Source: an uncultured Clostridium sp.
Lineage (GTDB): Bacteria > Bacillota > Clostridia > TANB77 > CAG-508
Reading direction: 5' to 3'
Length of the DNA stretch: 64,000 nt
Assembly: GCA_900551615.1 (NCBI GenBank)
Contig: URWN01000001.1
Span: 4,295 to 68,294, forward strand
Part shown: in pieces, positions 29,376 to 37,945 of the stretch
How the letters are laid out: each line of letters opens with the position of its first letter
How positions within the stretch are numbered: position 1 is the first letter of the stretch
The notes under the pieces: model-generated
Database searches by the model: none
What the model was told of the DNA's origin: nothing
Seen by the model: the letters and a program-made list of their open reading frames with translations, nothing else
Program-made: the position numbers and the translations under genes

Positions 29376-29405
29376 AAACCAAAGACAATCAAAAAGGAAA
29401 TAAAT

Positions 29406-30368
29406 ATGTATAGAAAAAGTGAACTACTAGAAATAATTATGAAAAAATACAACATACATGAAAACAATAAAATTAGTTATGATGAAATACAAGAAATATC
29501 AAAAAAAGAAAAAATAGAAATAAAAGATTTGTTATATTTACTAGAAATAAGGTATAATACAGCATATAAATTAAAAAAAGAGAAACAAAAATATACAAAA
29601 CTAAAATTCAACAATTATGAAGAAATAAAAAACAAAAAAATAATAGCAAAAGGGAAAATACATACGGAAGAGTTTTTTAAATTAAAAAGTAAATTACAAT
29701 TAAAAAGTTATACATTAATAAGAATGTTAGGAATATCAACATATGAATATAACAAAGCAAAAAAGGGAAAATTAGAAGAAATAAAAGTTACAGATATAAA
29801 AACAAAACATATTGTAAAACTAATAAAATTAGATTTTAAATACATTAATAAATATACAAAAGGATATTACACAAAAGAAAAATTACAAAACATTTGTAGA
29901 GAAAGAGATATCTCATTAGAACAATTTTTAAAATATTATAATAAAAATCAAAAACATTATAAGTTTAACAAACTCGCAATAGAACAAAGCAAAAAAGGAT
30001 TGTGGATAGGAGAAGATATAAGAATACCAGATGAATTTATAGATAAAAATTATGAAAAGATAGCAAAGTATTTAAGAAATATAACAAACAAATACAGTAA
30101 AATAAATGAATGGCAAATTTATAAAGAAGATATAATAGATGAAACAAGCATTAGTATGTACGAAAAATGTGGGGAAATAGTAAAAAAATTTTATTTTGAC
30201 ACGAAATTGACAATGAATATTATCATTGCAAAAGGAAAATATATTATGTACAATTTATATAGAAAAAAATATAAAAAAAATAATATATATTATGAAGAAT
30301 ATGACAAAAAACTATTAGATCACACTTCATTTTTAAGAGATAATAGATATAATCCACAATTATTTTAA
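29406..30368 (+). CDS. hypothetical lysine-rich protein
   Basis: 320-aa ORF with A-rich core-like composition. Contains HTH-like segments (SYTLIRMLGISTYEYNKAKKG). No family recognised. Confidence 0.6.
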   Translation: MYRKSELLEIIMKKYNIHENNKISYDEIQEISKKEKIEIKDLLYLLEIRYNTAYKLKKEKQKYTKLKFNNYEEIKNKKIIAKGKIHTEEFFKLKSKLQLKSYTLIRMLGISTYEYNKAKKGKLEEIKVTDIKTKHIVKLIKLDFKYINKYTKGYYTKEKLQNICRERDISLEQFLKYYNKNQKHYKFNKLAIEQSKKGLWIGEDIRIPDEFIDKNYEKIAKYLRNITNKYSKINEWQIYKEDIIDETSISMYEKCGEIVKKFYFDTKLTMNIIIAKGKYIMYNLYRKKYKKNNIYYEEYDKKLLDHTSFLRDNRYNPQLF

Positions 30369-30371
30369 GAA

Positions 30372-30401
30372 AAAACTAATGTAAAAATGCATTAGTTTTT
30401 T
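30372..30401 (+). terminator. rho-independent terminator
   Basis: aaaactaatg / cattagtttt stem ending in a T-run. Confidence 0.6.
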
Positions 30402-30544
30402 ATATAATAGAAAAGTAACAAACTTTTTGACACTGATAAAATTAACATAAATAAATGCTACAAACAATATAAAATAGTAGGAAAATTTTAACAATTTATT
30501 ATGCTAAAATATTATAATACAAAAAAATAAAAAAGGAAACAAAA

Positions 30545-31120
30545 ATGAAAGAAAACCAAAAACTATACAAATTCGCAAAAGCAATATACAGCAAACTACT
30601 AAAAATACTATACAACCCAACAACAAAAGGAACAAAAAACATCCCAGAAAAAGGACCCATAATCATAGTAGGAAACCACAAGCACGCATTCGACCCAATA
30701 ATGGTAATGTCACACACAAACAGAACAATATACTACATGGCAAAAGAAAGCCTATTCAAAGGAATCCATGGAAAAATCCTTGAAAGCATAGGAACAATAA
30801 AAATACACAGAAACAAAAGCAATCCAATAGCAATAAAAGAAGCAGAAGAAATCCTAAAACAAGGAGGAGCAGTTGGAATCTTTCCAGAAGGAACAAGAAA
30901 CAGAACCAACCAAGAACTTTTAAAATTCAGACATGGAGCAGTCGAAATAGCAAAAAAAACAAACACACCAATAATTCCATTTGCCATAAAAGGAGACTAC
31001 AAGCCATTCAGAAAAGGACTATCAATTGAATTTGGAAAACCAATAAACGTAAGTCACATGGAAGTAGAAAAAGCAAATAATTATATAAGAAATGAAGTAC
31101 TAAACATACTTAGAAAGTAG
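30545..31120 (+). CDS. plsC: 1-acyl-sn-glycerol-3-phosphate acyltransferase
   Basis: HX4D motif GNHKHAFDP and FPEGTR motif. Confidence 0.85.
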   Translation: MKENQKLYKFAKAIYSKLLKILYNPTTKGTKNIPEKGPIIIVGNHKHAFDPIMVMSHTNRTIYYMAKESLFKGIHGKILESIGTIKIHRNKSNPIAIKEAEEILKQGGAVGIFPEGTRNRTNQELLKFRHGAVEIAKKTNTPIIPFAIKGDYKPFRKGLSIEFGKPINVSHMEVEKANNYIRNEVLNILRK

Positions 31121-31126
31121 GAAAAT

Positions 31127-31993
31127 ATGAAATGGATTTTTATAGTAAACGAAAGTGCAGGAAGAGGCAAAAGTAAGAAAATAATACCAAATATTGAAGC
31201 AGCCTGTAAAAATCGAAACATTGATTTTGAAATTAGATACATAACAAAAGAAAAAAGTGGATATGACATTGCTTCAGAATACAAAGACAAAGAATACGTA
31301 ATATATGTTGTTGGAGGAGATGGAACGTTAACTCTTGTGCTACCGGCTTTAGTAGGAACCAAAAACAAACTTGGAATAATACCAGCGGGGTCAGGAAATG
31401 ATACATACAGAACAATAAAAAATTTACCTAACAAAGAAACGCTAATAGACATAGGAAAAATCAATAGCAAATACTTTATAAATGTAGCATGCACAGGAAT
31501 TGATGCAGAGGTGGCAAACAATATTGACAAATTAAGAAATACAATAATACCAACAAATCAGCTCTATAACGCAAGCATCATATATACTTTTATAAAATTC
31601 AAACACAAAAGAATGAAATTAAAAACAGATATAAAAAACATAGAAACAAAATATACAATTTTAAGTATTTGTAACGGCGCATATTATGGAGGAGGATTCA
31701 ACATTGCACCAAAATCAACACTAACAGACGGCTTGCTAGATATTTATTATGCAGAGGAAATGCCAAAAATCAAAATGATTCCATTAATATTAAGGCTTAA
31801 AAAAGGAAAACATGAAGGAAAAAGAAGAATTCATAAATTTAGGACAAGCCATGTGGAACTAGAGCTAGACGAAGAAATTACATTTAATGTTGATGGAGAA
31901 AAGCTAACCGGAAGCAAATTCATAATAGATGTATTGCCAAAAGCAATCACACTATTTAATGATAACGATTTTGTAGAACAAATTTTAAAATAA
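31127..31993 (+). CDS. diacylglycerol kinase family lipid kinase (DagK/YegS-like)
   Basis: VVGGDGTL motif and a typical N-terminal fold of about 290 aa. Confidence 0.85.
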   Translation: MKWIFIVNESAGRGKSKKIIPNIEAACKNRNIDFEIRYITKEKSGYDIASEYKDKEYVIYVVGGDGTLTLVLPALVGTKNKLGIIPAGSGNDTYRTIKNLPNKETLIDIGKINSKYFINVACTGIDAEVANNIDKLRNTIIPTNQLYNASIIYTFIKFKHKRMKLKTDIKNIETKYTILSICNGAYYGGGFNIAPKSTLTDGLLDIYYAEEMPKIKMIPLILRLKKGKHEGKRRIHKFRTSHVELELDEEITFNVDGEKLTGSKFIIDVLPKAITLFNDNDFVEQILK

Positions 31994-31995
31994 AA

Positions 31996-32101
31996 AATTT
32001 TGTATGGCGATGAGCGAACCAGCCCAATATTTGGCAGACAAAATTTGAAAAATTTTGGATGACGATGAACGAAACGAAGTGAAGTGAAAGGAAGAAAAAT
32101 T
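31996..32101 (+). repeat. intergenic leader repeat block, 2 units
   Basis: Units built on CGATGA(G/A)CGAAC...CCCAA.ATTTGGCAGACAAAATTT.AAAAATTTTGGATGA. The last unit ends in CGAAACGAAGTGAAGTGAAAGGAAGAAAAATTATG. Confidence 0.8.
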
Positions 32102-32659
32102 ATGAGTGAAATTTTAAAAAAACCAATAGTAACAATAGAAATGGAAGACGGAGGAATAATAAAACTAGAACTATACCCAAGCAAAGCACCAGAAACAGTA
32201 AACAACTTTGTAAACCTAATACAAAAAGGATTCTACAACGGACTAATATTCCACAGAACAATTCCAGGATTCATGGCACAAGGAGGAGACCCAGAAGGAA
32301 CAGGAATGGGAGGACCAGGATATGGAATAAAAGGAGAATTCAAAGAAAACGGAGTTGAAAACAATATTTCACACGTAAGAGGAATCATATCAATGGCAAG
32401 AAGTATGGCACCAAATAGTGCAGGTTCACAATTCTTTATAGTAACAGATGACTCTGAATTTTTAGATGGCAAATATGCTGCATTCGGAAGTGTTATAGAA
32501 GGAATGGATGTAGTAGATAAAATTGTAAAATCAAGAGTAATCACAAGAAGTCCATTTGGTGGAGGAAAAGATAGACCAGTAGAACCACCTGTTATGAAAA
32601 AAGTAACAGTAGAAACATTTGGAGTAGAATATCCAGAACCACAAAAATTTGCCATCTAA
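32102..32659 (+). CDS. ppiB: cyclophilin-type peptidyl-prolyl cis-trans isomerase
   Basis: FHRTIPGFMAQGGDP signature. Start set at the ATG behind aaaggaag. Confidence 0.9.
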   Translation: MSEILKKPIVTIEMEDGGIIKLELYPSKAPETVNNFVNLIQKGFYNGLIFHRTIPGFMAQGGDPEGTGMGGPGYGIKGEFKENGVENNISHVRGIISMARSMAPNSAGSQFFIVTDDSEFLDGKYAAFGSVIEGMDVVDKIVKSRVITRSPFGGGKDRPVEPPVMKKVTVETFGVEYPEPQKFAI

Positions 32660-32822
32660 AATAAAAAATATTACGATGAACAAACATCCCAAGATTTGGC
32701 AGACAAAATTTAAAAAATTTTGGATGACGATGAACGAACCAACCCAAGATTTGAAAACAAAAATTTTAAAAAAATTTTTGTTTTCGATGAGCGAAACGAA
32801 GTGAAGCGAAAGGAGAAAAATT
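32660..32822 (+). repeat. intergenic leader repeat block, 3 units
   Basis: Same unit family as 31996-32101. The final unit CGATGAGCGAAACGAAGTGAAGCGAAAGGAGAAAAATTATG is nearly identical to the ppiB leader. Confidence 0.8.
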
Positions 32823-33797
32823 ATGTGTACAGCAGCAACATACAAAACAAAAGACTTCTATTTTGGAAGAACATTAGACTATGAATTCTCATACGGAGAC
32901 GAAATAACAATAACGCCAAGAAACTACGAATTCAAATTCAAAGACCAAGAACCAATAAAAAATCACTATGCAATAATAGGAATGGCATATGTAGCAGAAA
33001 ATTACCCACTATACTATGACGCAATAAACGAAAAAGGGCTAGGAATAGCAGGCCTAAACTTTGTAGGAAACACACACTACAACTCAAAAAAAGAAGAAAA
33101 AGACAACATAACACAATATGAATTCATTCCATGGATTTTAAGTCAATGCACAACAGTAAAAGAAGCACAACAATTAATAGAAAAAATGAACTTTTTAAAC
33201 GAGACATTTAATGAACAACTACCATTAGCACAGTTGCATTGGATTATTGCAGACAAAACAGAAACAATAACAGTTGAAGCAATGAAAGACGGAATAAAAA
33301 TATACGAAAATCCAGTAGGCGTACTAACAAACAACCCACCATTTGATAAGCAAATGTTTGCATTAAACAACTATATGAATCTATCATCAAAATCACCTGA
33401 AAACAAATTTGCAAAGAATTTAGAATTAGATAAATACAGCAGAGGAATGGGAGCAATAGGACTTCCAGGAGATTTATCTTCACAATCAAGATTTATAAGA
33501 GTAAGTTTTGTAAAAATGAATTCTGTTTCAAAAGATACAGAAAATGAAAGCGTTAGTCAATTTTTCCATATTCTTAATTCGGTTGATCAACAAAGAGGAT
33601 GTTGTGAGTTAGATAATGGAAAATATGAAATAACAATTTATACATCTTGTTGCAATGCAACTAAAGGAATTTATTATTATACAACATATGATAACCATCA
33701 AATTACAGCAGTTGATATGCATAAGGAAAATCTAGACAGTGAGGAACTTATAAGATATCAACTAATAAAAGAAGAACAAATCAAAATTCAAAATTAA
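32823..33797 (+). CDS. choloylglycine hydrolase family (linear amide C-N hydrolase, Ntn)
   Basis: N-terminal MCTAATY with nucleophile Cys2. 324 aa. Confidence 0.85.
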   Translation: MCTAATYKTKDFYFGRTLDYEFSYGDEITITPRNYEFKFKDQEPIKNHYAIIGMAYVAENYPLYYDAINEKGLGIAGLNFVGNTHYNSKKEEKDNITQYEFIPWILSQCTTVKEAQQLIEKMNFLNETFNEQLPLAQLHWIIADKTETITVEAMKDGIKIYENPVGVLTNNPPFDKQMFALNNYMNLSSKSPENKFAKNLELDKYSRGMGAIGLPGDLSSQSRFIRVSFVKMNSVSKDTENESVSQFFHILNSVDQQRGCCELDNGKYEITIYTSCCNATKGIYYYTTYDNHQITAVDMHKENLDSEELIRYQLIKEEQIKIQN

Positions 33798-34094
33798 AAA
33801 GATAACTTGACACTATACTTAACATTATTTCAAAAGTGCTTAAACCTAAACATTTTCGAAAATAAACAAAGAAGCGGGCGTTAAAATATTTGAAAAGAAT
33901 AAATATTATTAACGTCCGCTGTTAACATTTCAGGAGTTTTCTAAAACGTGTGAATAAACAATATTTTAGTTACCTTTAAAAGTTAGCATAAAAAATTAAC
34001 CAAAATCATAAAAAATATTTACTCATATCAAAAAATAGAGTATAATAAACAAAACTTTTGCTTATTTCACCAAAAACAAAAGGAGGAAAAAGAA

Positions 34095-34709
34095 ATAAGT
34101 AAAAATATTTTAATCATAGGAACACCACGATGTGGTAAATCAACAATTTCAAATCAATTATTTCAAAGAAATAAAAATTATGAGTTAGTGAGAGGAGATA
34201 TAGTCTCATTAGCATTAGGAATATTATATCGAAGAAAAAAATTTTCCCAAATGAAACCCAAAAACGGAATATTAGAGCTAGACCCAAAAGAAATTAATCT
34301 TCCAAATGAGGTAATTACAAAGGTATTTTATGAAATGGTGGATCAAATGAAAATAGACTTAAGAAAAGCAAAAAGGAAAATGATATTTGAAACCCATGAA
34401 ATAAGCATAGAAAATGCTAAAAAACAATTTAAACCATTAGGATTTGACATCTACTGCATGGGAATGCCAAACGAAAATGTAGAACATTTAATGAAACAAA
34501 TAAGAAAAAATGATGACAATAACGACTGGACCAGAGGAATAGGAAGTGTAAGACTAGAACTTATATGCAAACATATTATTAATCAAAGCAAGAAAAATGC
34601 AGAAGAATGTAAAAAGTATAATATTAAATTTTTTGATACATCAGGAAAAAGAGAAGAGAAAATTGACAAAATAATAAAAATAATTGAAGAAAAAAGCATC
34701 AAAGCATAA
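34095..34709 (+). CDS. P-loop kinase-like protein, probable ATA start
   Basis: The frame is open from 33987. P-loop IIGTPRCGKST lies upstream of the first GTG (34188). AGGAGG sits 8 nt before ATA at 34095, and no ATG/GTG/TTG is available. Confidence 0.55.
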   Translation: MSKNILIIGTPRCGKSTISNQLFQRNKNYELVRGDIVSLALGILYRRKKFSQMKPKNGILELDPKEINLPNEVITKVFYEMVDQMKIDLRKAKRKMIFETHEISIENAKKQFKPLGFDIYCMGMPNENVEHLMKQIRKNDDNNDWTRGIGSVRLELICKHIINQSKKNAEECKKYNIKFFDTSGKREEKIDKIIKIIEEKSIKA

Positions 34710-34924
34710 AACAACAATAATTAAAAACACATAAAATTAAAGACAAAAAATCTATACATAGAAAATTAACAAAATATTTTGGTGAAAAAGCAAAAGTTTA
34801 AAAAAATTAATACAACAATCCACATATTGTGATATAATAGTGGAAAACTAAAAGAAAAACAGATAATCAGAGACCAAGTAGCCCCAAAATTATCAAAAAA
34901 TAAACAAAAGAGGAGATTACAAAA

Positions 34925-35680
34925 GTGAAAAGAAATACACGAACAAAACACACAAATAAAAAAAGAACAAATAAACAAACCGAAAAAATAATATCAACAC
35001 TAATAATCATAATATTCATAATAGCAAGTCTAATATTAAATAAGCAAGAAAACAACAATGCAGAAAACCAGTCAAATGAAATAACTACAAACTACAACCT
35101 AAGTAACATACCAGAATACACAGATAAAATATACACAGAAATAAACAACAATAAACCATACTTTGAAGAAAAAGAACACACCACAAAAGCATTTGAAAAC
35201 TACAGTCAACTAGACAATTTAAAAAGATGCGGAGTAGCATATGCAAATATATGCAAAGAAGTAATGCCAACAGAAAAAAGAGGATACATCAGCAACGTAA
35301 AACCGACAGGTTGGAAACAAGCAAAATATGACGGAGAATTTTTATACAATAGATGTCATTTAATAGGCTACCAATTAGCAGGAGAAAATGCAAACGAATT
35401 AAACCTAATAACAGGAACAAACTACTTCAATGTTGAAGGAATGCTACCATTTGAAAATAAAGTAGCAGAATATATAGGAAAAAACAATAAAAACCATGTG
35501 CTTTATAGAGTAACACCAGATTTTAAAGGAGACAACAAAGTAGCCAGTGGTGTTGAAATGGAAGCATATTCTGTAGAAGATAATGGACAAGGAGTAAGCT
35601 TTAACGTATATGTATACAATATTCAACCAGGAATAACAATAAATTATCAAACAGGCGAAAGTTCAAAAAGTAGCAAATAG
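34925..35680 (+). CDS. membrane-anchored DNA/RNA non-specific endonuclease (DNA-entry nuclease-like)
   Basis: N-terminal TM anchor. NRCHLIGYQLAGENANELNLITGT active-site region. Confidence 0.75.
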   Translation: MKRNTRTKHTNKKRTNKQTEKIISTLIIIIFIIASLILNKQENNNAENQSNEITTNYNLSNIPEYTDKIYTEINNNKPYFEEKEHTTKAFENYSQLDNLKRCGVAYANICKEVMPTEKRGYISNVKPTGWKQAKYDGEFLYNRCHLIGYQLAGENANELNLITGTNYFNVEGMLPFENKVAEYIGKNNKNHVLYRVTPDFKGDNKVASGVEMEAYSVEDNGQGVSFNVYVYNIQPGITINYQTGESSKSSK

Positions 35681-35753
35681 AGATAACATATAGAACAATT
35701 AAATTCGCCCAAAATTATAAAAAATAAAAAAAACAAAAAGGAGAGAATTTTTA

Positions 35754-36182
35754 TTGAAATTAGAAATCTTTAACAAACTAGCAAATGATGTAAAAGAGAG
35801 TAATTTGGTAGAAAACTTTATACAAGAACTATCAAAATACCTTGAAAACGCAAAAGAAAAAGGAGAACAAAATATGAATATACCAAATAATAACAACGAA
35901 AGTAACAATGAAATTAGCAATGAAAAAACATTAAAACAGCAAGAAAATCTAAACCAAAACAGAGAAGAAAACTGTTTATATCAAGTAGTAGATTTTAGTG
36001 TAAATGGAGTATACCTACTAAACAAAAACACAAACAAAATCTTCGAAGAAACAGAAATATCACAAGAACTAAAAAATCAAATTCAAAATGACAGTATATT
36101 AAGATACAAAAATGGCGAATATGTTTATGAAGAAGAACTAACAGAAGAATTTTTCAATAATCTAGAAGATATAGACCAATAA
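35754..36182 (+). CDS. hypothetical protein
   Basis: TTG start behind aaaggagag. N/E-rich, 142 aa. Confidence 0.5.
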   Translation: MKLEIFNKLANDVKESNLVENFIQELSKYLENAKEKGEQNMNIPNNNNESNNEISNEKTLKQQENLNQNREENCLYQVVDFSVNGVYLLNKNTNKIFEETEISQELKNQIQNDSILRYKNGEYVYEEELTEEFFNNLEDIDQ

Positions 36183-36236
36183 AATAGAAAATCAGATATA
36201 CTCTAAAAAAGGCATATTAAAAAAGGAGGATAAAAA

Positions 36237-36773
36237 ATGAAAGCATTAGTAATATCAGATATCCACGGATCAGGATATTATGGAGAAAAAATAAAAGAAA
36301 TAAATGAAAAGGAAAAACCAGACAAAATAATACTATTAGGAGACTTATATTATCATGGACCAAGAAATGATTTAAGCCAAGAATACAATCCAATGAAAGT
36401 AGCTCAAACGCTAAATTCATTAAAGGACAAGTTGTTGGTAGTAAGAGGAAACTGTGACGCAGAAGTAGACGAAACAATATCAGAATTCAAATTTCAAGAC
36501 CACATTTTAATGGAAATAAACGGCAAAAAATTTTACTTTACACATGGACACAAATATAACATTGAAAAAATACCATATGACGACTTTGATATAATGATAT
36601 ATGGCCATATTCATCAAGGATTTATCCAAGAAAAAGAAGGATACATCTTTGCAAATCCAGGCTCTATCTCACTTCCAAAGTGCAACACAGAACATAGTTA
36701 TATAATAATTGAAGACAACAAAATAATATTAAAAAATGTAGACGGAAAAGTTATACAAGAATATGAATTTTAA
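36237..36773 (+). CDS. YfcE/MJ0936-family metallophosphoesterase
   Basis: ISDIHGS, LGDLYYHGPRN, VRGNCD, THGH and YGHIH motifs. Confidence 0.85.
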   Translation: MKALVISDIHGSGYYGEKIKEINEKEKPDKIILLGDLYYHGPRNDLSQEYNPMKVAQTLNSLKDKLLVVRGNCDAEVDETISEFKFQDHILMEINGKKFYFTHGHKYNIEKIPYDDFDIMIYGHIHQGFIQEKEGYIFANPGSISLPKCNTEHSYIIIEDNKIILKNVDGKVIQEYEF

Positions 36774-36814
36774 AAAAACAAAATAGTATACGATTATTAA
36801 AAACGTATACTATT

Positions 36815-37744
36815 TTAAGCTTTATAATATTTTCCTTGCCATAAATCTTGTTCTCTTAAAATTTTATCAAATCCATTCAAAACCCACTTTTTATGCAAAT
36901 TCCACTCAGGAGCAACCAACAAATCTTTAGGAGCATCTCCAGAAATTCTATGAATAACAACATTTGGAGAAATATGAGTAACAACATAAGAAAGAGCCTC
37001 CAAATAATATTCTAAAGAAATAGGTTCATAGCAGCATGCAAAAAACATATCAGCAAGAACTGTATTTTTTACAACATATGTAGAATGGATTTTCAAACCT
37101 TGAATATTATGCATATTAATAAAATCAACAGTATCTTTTAAATCATCAAAATTTTCACCAGGTAATCCAACCATAATATGAGCTACAACATCAATACCAG
37201 CATCATTTAATAATTTAACAGCAACCGTAAATTGGTGGCTTGAATAACCACGATTAATTAAATTGCTAGTAACATCATTAGAAGTTTGCAAACCAAGTTC
37301 AACACAAACATAATATTTATCTTTATATGATTTTAATAAATCAACAATATCTTTATTTATGCAATCAGGTCTTGTAGCAACTTCTAAACCAACAATTCTA
37401 TCATCTATTAAAGCGGCATCATATTTAGATTTAAGCATATCTAAAGAATCATATGTATTAGTAAAATTTTGAAAATAAGCAATAAATTTATTAGCACGTT
37501 CACTTCTGTAACTATTAAAATAATTTTTTACTTGATTACTAATTTTTTCAGTTATAGTATCACCAGAACCACAACGTATTAATTCTCCAGAACCCTTTTT
37601 ACTACAAAAAATACATCCCCTTGTAGATAAAGTTCCATCTCTATTTGGACAGGTAAAGCCACCATCAATACATATTTTTAATGTTCTTTCTCCAAATTTC
37701 TCTTTCAAATATTTATTTAAATGTTTATATCTTTCTTCTTCCAT
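36815..37744 (-). CDS. radical SAM protein (TIGR01212/YhcC-like)
   Basis: GGFTCPNRDGTLSTRGCIFCS cluster motif. Start set at MEEERYK (ORF extends to 37807). Confidence 0.8.
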   Translation of the reverse strand: MEEERYKHLNKYLKEKFGERTLKICIDGGFTCPNRDGTLSTRGCIFCSKKGSGELIRCGSGDTITEKISNQVKNYFNSYRSERANKFIAYFQNFTNTYDSLDMLKSKYDAALIDDRIVGLEVATRPDCINKDIVDLLKSYKDKYYVCVELGLQTSNDVTSNLINRGYSSHQFTVAVKLLNDAGIDVVAHIMVGLPGENFDDLKDTVDFINMHNIQGLKIHSTYVVKNTVLADMFFACCYEPISLEYYLEALSYVVTHISPNVVIHRISGDAPKDLLVAPEWNLHKKWVLNGFDKILREQDLWQGKYYKA

Positions 37745-37945
37745 AATGCTTAAAGTATAGCAGAAAAACATAGATGAGACAAGAGGAACGGTCAAAATTT
37801 GTCTCATCTATTTGTGAGATTTTGTCGATATAACAAAAAATTAACAGAAAAACTTTAAAAATTTTAAAAAAGTGATATAATACAACCGTAAAACAAAACT
37901 TACAAAAAATAAAAACACAATCAATAAAAAAGGAAAGTGATACAA

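Noticed and set aside
31996-32822. Whether the tandem units around ppiB are a CRISPR array or carry sigma-54 promoters (TGGCAG...TTTGA).
   Set aside because: There are only 2-3 degenerate units, contiguous without unique spacers, and no cas genes. The TGGCA element lacks the properly spaced GC of the -12 box.
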